Below, piece by piece: positions 8,630 through 12,325 of a stretch of DNA of 12,325 bases. The position numbers were made by a program, and so were the translations under genes. This DNA is from Octopus sinensis (lineage: Eukaryota), in NCBI RefSeq assembly GCF_006345805.1, contig NW_021826618.1, positions 1-12,325 of the forward strand. The letters are read 5' to 3'. The notes under the pieces are model-generated. The model was not told where the DNA came from, ran no database searches, and saw only the letters and a program-made list of their open reading frames with translations. Position 1 is the stretch's first letter. Every line of letters begins with the position of its first letter.

Positions 8630-9049
8630 AGCAGGTGAACGGTTGGTTGGGTAACATTTTTGTAACATTGCCACATCATGACTATAAAATTCTTGTAAAA
8701 CTACAGTAACATTAACGTACCACCAATGTTGTTGTTATTTAACCACCGGTCAGTCTCATTGTACAGAGCTACGACCAAACGCATTCTATCCGGTACTACT
8801 ACCTTCCCTCGTTATAATATAAAGTCCAAGCAAGCAGATTAATCATTAAGCAAGATAAGCACCATAAAAATGGTAAATGGTTTACGGTACAAAAGAAATC
8901 ACTTTAAACTTGCTGAAATAATATTTGAAGTGGTTTATATGATCGGAAATATAATTACGAAGTGTTCATTGTGTCATAGTGCGGATCTGATCGAAGATTT
9001 TGCAATTAAAAAAGGGCGGAGAAAACATTTCAAATATAAAATGGGAGTA

Positions 9050-9300
9050 CAGTAATCCGTCGACTATCACGGGTGTTATGTTCCGAAACCTCCGACAGAA
9101 ATAATCCCTCGACTATCGCGGGTGTTATGCTCCGAAACCCCCGACAGAAATAATCCCTCGACTATCGCGGGTGTTATGCTCCGAAACCCCCGAAAGAAAT
9201 AATCCCTCGACTATCGCGGGTGTTATGCTCCGAAACCCCCGACAGAAATAATCCCTCGACTATCGCGGGTGTTATGCTCCAACCCCCCCCCCCCCCGGAA
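9050..9300 (+). repeat. 49-bp tandem minisatellite (4 full units plus 1 variant) beginning with a Tc1/mariner-Tigger-like terminus
   Basis: Unit taatccctcgactatcgcgggtgttatgctccgaaacccccgacagaaa starts at 9053, 9102, 9151, 9200 and 9249; the array opens TA|CAGTAATCC. Confidence 0.93.
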
Positions 9301-9397
9301 ATAATTAAAATCTAAAAAAATATAAATACTTATCGTCAGTGGTTCATATATCCGAGAAAGAAGATCTTGAGTTTGGCGGGTCGCCTCTACTGCTAAG

Positions 9398-9703
9398 TGG
9401 AGGCACATAGCCAAGTGGTTAGAGCAGCGGACTCGCGGTCGAGGGATCGCGGGTTCGAATCTCAGACCGGGCGATGTGTGTGTTTATGAGCGAAAACACC
9501 GAAGCTCCACGCGGCTCCGGTAGAAGGTAATGGCGAACTTCTGCTGACTCTTTCGCCACAACTTTCTCTCGCTCTTTCCTCCTGCATCTTGCAGCTCACC
9601 TGAGATGGACCGGCGTCCCGTCCAGGTGGGGAACCTATACGCCAAGAGACCGGGAAACCGGCCCTTATGAGCCAGGTATGGCTCGAGAAGGAACAAACAA
9701 CAA
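9398..9703 (+). mobile_element. SINE group A (tail A1), full length, 13-bp TSD
   Basis: TSD ctctactgctaag at 9385-9397 and 9704-9716; A box tagccaagtgg; B box ggttcgaatct; (aac)n tail. Confidence 0.95.
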
Positions 9704-9781
9704 CTCTACTGCTAAGCGCTTTATAGGTGCGAAAGCAACGGTCAATCTCTGACCGGCCATAATATTTAAATTTCTAGAGTA

Positions 9782-9783
<2 letters not shown>

Positions 9784-9820
<37 letters not shown>

Positions 9821-10075
9821 TTGTGTCTGTGTTTGTCATCCACCACTGCTTGACAAACAGTGTTGTTGTGTTTACATCCCCATAACTTAGCGGTTCAGCA
9901 ACAGAGCCCGATAGAATAACTATTAATACCAGGCTTTAAAACGAAAAAAAACTAAATAATGGGGGGCGGGAGTCGATTCTAGTCGGTTCGCTCGACTAGA
10001 ACGCTTCAAGGCAGTGCCCCAGCATAGCCGCAGTCTAATCACTTAAACAAGTAAAAGGTAAAAGATGAAAGAATA
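9784..10075 (+). mobile_element. Diverged SINE group B 3' half, starting at its internal (GT)n
   Basis: gcttgacaaac..gtgtttacatccccataacttagcggttcagca..gatagaataa..gtgccccagcatagccgcagtc..aaacaagtaaaag aligns with about 2020-2240. Confidence 0.85.
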
Positions 10076-10176
10076 CGAACGCTGTCAAGTCAAGACGAGG
10101 TACCTTTGCTGTGGTGGCCGGGTATCATGCAAATAACCAAAATATAACACCGCTACTCCACTAATTTCCTCCCGCT

Positions 10177-10183
<7 letters not shown>

Positions 10184-10216
<33 letters not shown>
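10184..10216. repeat. (CT)n microsatellite
   Basis: Read directly. Confidence 0.95.
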
Positions 10217-10219
<3 letters not shown>

Positions 10220-10246
10220 AAGGTACGTGGTACTTGCAGATTAGAT

Positions 10247-10418
10247 GGTACTGTTGTTTAGCTGCCAGGTCCGTTCTGATCGAAGAGAAACCTATTATCA
10301 AAGGCAAGATATTGACAGACAGTCTATCTGGGGCTACGTTGTTCAATGTGTCCTTTCTTTTTATCTAGAGAGTAAGGTGCAACTTGAGGAGGTTTGCTGC
10401 TACTTCTAACAGATCTGG
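10247..10418 (-). mobile_element. Old degenerate interspersed repeat (possible fourth SINE family; related fragments at about 8728-8810 and 10725-10800)
   Basis: tgttgtttagctgccaggtc..cctattatcaaaggca resembles gttgttatttaaccaccggtc..gctacgaccaaacgca (8728+); ttgaggaggtttgctgctacttctaacag resembles ttgaaagagatatttggttgttgtttctagtacg (10730+). Confidence 0.4.
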
Positions 10419-10427
10419 TTGGAAGTA

Positions 10428-10660
10428 TAATAATGATGATATTTATAATGATGATGACAATCCTTTCTACTGTAGGCACAAGGCCTGAAACTTAAGGGGA
10501 GGGGGATAGTCGATTACATCGGTCCCAGTATGCCACTGGTACTTAATTTATCGATCCCGAAAGGATGAAAGGCAAAGTCGACCTCGGCGGAATTTGAACT
10601 CACAACGTAACGGCAGACGAAATACCGCTAAGCTTCTCGCCTGGCGCGCTAAAGTTTCCG
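10428..10660 (-). mobile_element. SINE group C (tail type C2)
   Basis: Core actggtacttaatttatcgatcccgaaaggatgaaaggcaaagtcgacctcggcggaatttgaactc is shared with C1; different tail aatcctttctactgtaggcacaaggcctgaaa plus (ATG/AAT)n. Confidence 0.9.
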
Positions 10661-11069
10661 GGCTAATTCTAGAGTCAGACCCCTCTTTTACTCATGTGTA
10701 TATGCGTACATATGTTAGTAAAATGGGATTTGAAAGAGATATTTGGTTGTTGTTTCTAGTACGTCGATCAAACTGCATGGAGGTTCCCACAGTGGATCGC
10801 CGTTGTGGTATTTTCGTGTTTTAATGTCTGTCATAATTATCCTGCTTGTACTATTTATTATTGCGTTTGTATAGCACTTACCAAGTAGTATGTGTAGCTT
10901 TGCTGGGGCGTATAGTGTGCGTGTGTGTGTGTGTATGTGCGTGCAGGGATGTGTATTCTGTGATTCTTTTACCTTATTTCTTAATTTCAAATTCAAACTG
11001 CTAATCCCACCAAATATTATGAAGAAATGATTATCTCCCTTGTATTAAGTATCCGCTAGGGGACACAAC

Positions 11070-11140
11070 ATGTGTATATATATACAAACATGAATGCATA
11101 CATACATACATGCATACATACACACACACACATATATGTG
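11070..11140. repeat. (CATA)n/(CA)n microsatellite
   Basis: Read directly. Confidence 0.85.
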
Positions 11141-11355
11141 TCGCTTTGCGGGTAAAACTGTTTCAGTGTAGTCGTGTTCTGCCCTTACCTTCGAAACAGG
11201 CAATGAGTCGAAATAGGAGCAGCTGAAGAAGGGGAATGTTCCGTGTGTTGTTTGTCTTGTACTCTGTTTTTTCGTTGTTAAAAAAAGTCCGTTTCCTTGT
11301 TTTGTTTTTATGTTTTCGTTTCTCGTTGTGTTCTACGTTTATTTGTGGTGTCCAG

Positions 11356-11446
11356 TACACATATATGCATGTATATATACATATAGATGTAGGTATGTAC
11401 ATATATGTATGTATGTATGCATATGTTTTATTTATTAAATATTGTT

Positions 11447-11477
<31 letters not shown>

Positions 11478-11500
11478 GGGGTGTATTATATTTATATACG
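11356..11500. repeat. (TA)n/(TATG)n microsatellite field
   Basis: Read directly. Confidence 0.85.
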
Positions 11501-11635
11501 CGAGCGCGCACTCACACCCACATCACAACAGCCTATGCCATCTTCTTCATTAAGCTTACATGTCCCCCACCTAAAATATACCTTAAATAAGAGTATAAAA
11601 ATCCCCAATTCAGTTCTCTTCAAAGACTCGTAGTG

Positions 11636-11944
11636 TGGGGGCACATGGCCTAGTGGTTAGAGCAGCGGACTCACAGTCGAGGGAGCGCGGGTTCGAATCT
11701 CAGACCGGGCGATGTGCGTGTTTATGAGAGAAACACCTAAGCTCCACGCAGCTCCGGCAGAAGGTAATGGCGAAACATCCGCTGACTCTTTCGCCACAAC
11801 TTTCTTTCACTCTTTCCTCCTGCATCTTGCAGCTCGCCTGCGACGGACCGGCGTCCCGTCCAAGTGGAGAACCTATACGCCAAGAAACCGGGAAACCGGC
11901 CCTTATGAGCCAGGCATGGCTCGAGAAGGAATAAACAAACAACA
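11636..11944 (+). mobile_element. SINE group A (tail A1), full length, 10-bp TSD
   Basis: TSD actcgtagtg at 11626-11635 and 11945-11954; A box tggcctagtgg; B box ggttcgaatct; colinear with 9398-9703. Confidence 0.95.
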
Positions 11945-11990
11945 ACTCGTAGTGGTAACACCTTGAATAAAGCTGCATGAATAAGTTTAC

Positions 11991-12058
11991 CTTGGATGAG
12001 CTCATAAATGCAATCGAACCAACCACAGGCTGCAATCGGATGTCACATCCTAGGATGT
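11991..12058 (-). other. Candidate 68-nt internal coding exon (phase 1 to phase 0): xILGCDIRLQPVVGSIAFMSSSK
   Basis: Minus strand reads ...cgtttctacaatatAG|ACATCC...TCCAAG|GTAAAC; only one frame is open; non-repetitive sequence; no protein recognised. Confidence 0.25.
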
Positions 12059-12117
12059 CTATATTGTAGAAACGTGTGTCAGAATGAGATTTAATATGTG
12101 TATTTTGTATATAGTAC

Positions 12118-12325
12118 TATAATCCTTTCTCCTATAGGGAACAAAGCCTGAAATTTTGTGGAAGGAGACTAGTCGATTACATCGATCTCAGTGTTTCACT
12201 GGTACTTAATTTATCGACCCCGAAAGGATGAAAGGCAAAATCGACTTCGGCGGAATTTGAACTCAGAACAGAGCGACGGGCGAAATACCGCAAAGCTTTC
12301 GCCCGACGTACTAACGATTCTGCTA
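12118..12325 (-). mobile_element. SINE group C (tail type C2), running off the window end
   Basis: Colinear with about 10459-10660. Confidence 0.9.

Noticed and set aside
6823-8709. Long ORFs (RE/LS-rich, HPSI and MDGW repeats, up to 272 aa)
   Set aside because: Translations of (CT)n, (GA)n and (GGAT)n simple repeats
9048-9075. TIR partner of the Tigger fossil at 3109-4109
   Set aside because: It points rightward, away from the fossil, so it cannot close that element
9053-9300. CRISPR-like regularly spaced repeats
   Set aside because: Units are contiguous with no unique spacers; no cas genes; eukaryotic context
9484-9696. Apparent small protein family LLEPxLAHKGRFPG (ORFs at 2831, 9484 and 11737)
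   Set aside because: The similarity comes from antisense translation of SINE A copies
11184-11245. Hammerhead ribozyme (CGAAA ... CTGAAGA)
   Set aside because: I could not build stems I and III or an NUH site; stem II would rely on G-U pairs

Overview
Repeat-dense eukaryotic non-coding DNA, intronic or intergenic. The SINE families resemble those of octopus/coleoid cephalopods (recall, not searched). No intact protein-coding gene is supported: nearly all listed ORFs are translations of microsatellites or SINEs. Contents: (i) about 12 copies of tRNA-derived SINEs in three groups (A, B, C), four with clear target-site duplications (TSDs); groups A and C each occur with two different 3' tails. 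(ii) A decayed Tigger/pogo transposase (minus strand, about 3109-4109) interrupted by a 28-bp-TIR MITE carrying TTAGGG repeats. (iii) 3' ends of two decayed LINEs: a probable Tx1/L1-like one at about 4578-4960, and a CR1/L2-group one at 5341-6342 whose 3' tail matches the SINE B tail. (iv) A 501-bp fold-back inverted duplication (4835-5335). (v) A 49-bp minisatellite that appears to be built from a transposon terminus (9050-9300). (vi) Long microsatellite fields. (vii) One weak candidate exon (11991-12058, minus). I found no CRISPR array or prokaryotic system, and no clearly novel system; the interest lies in TE-TE relationships and rearrangements.
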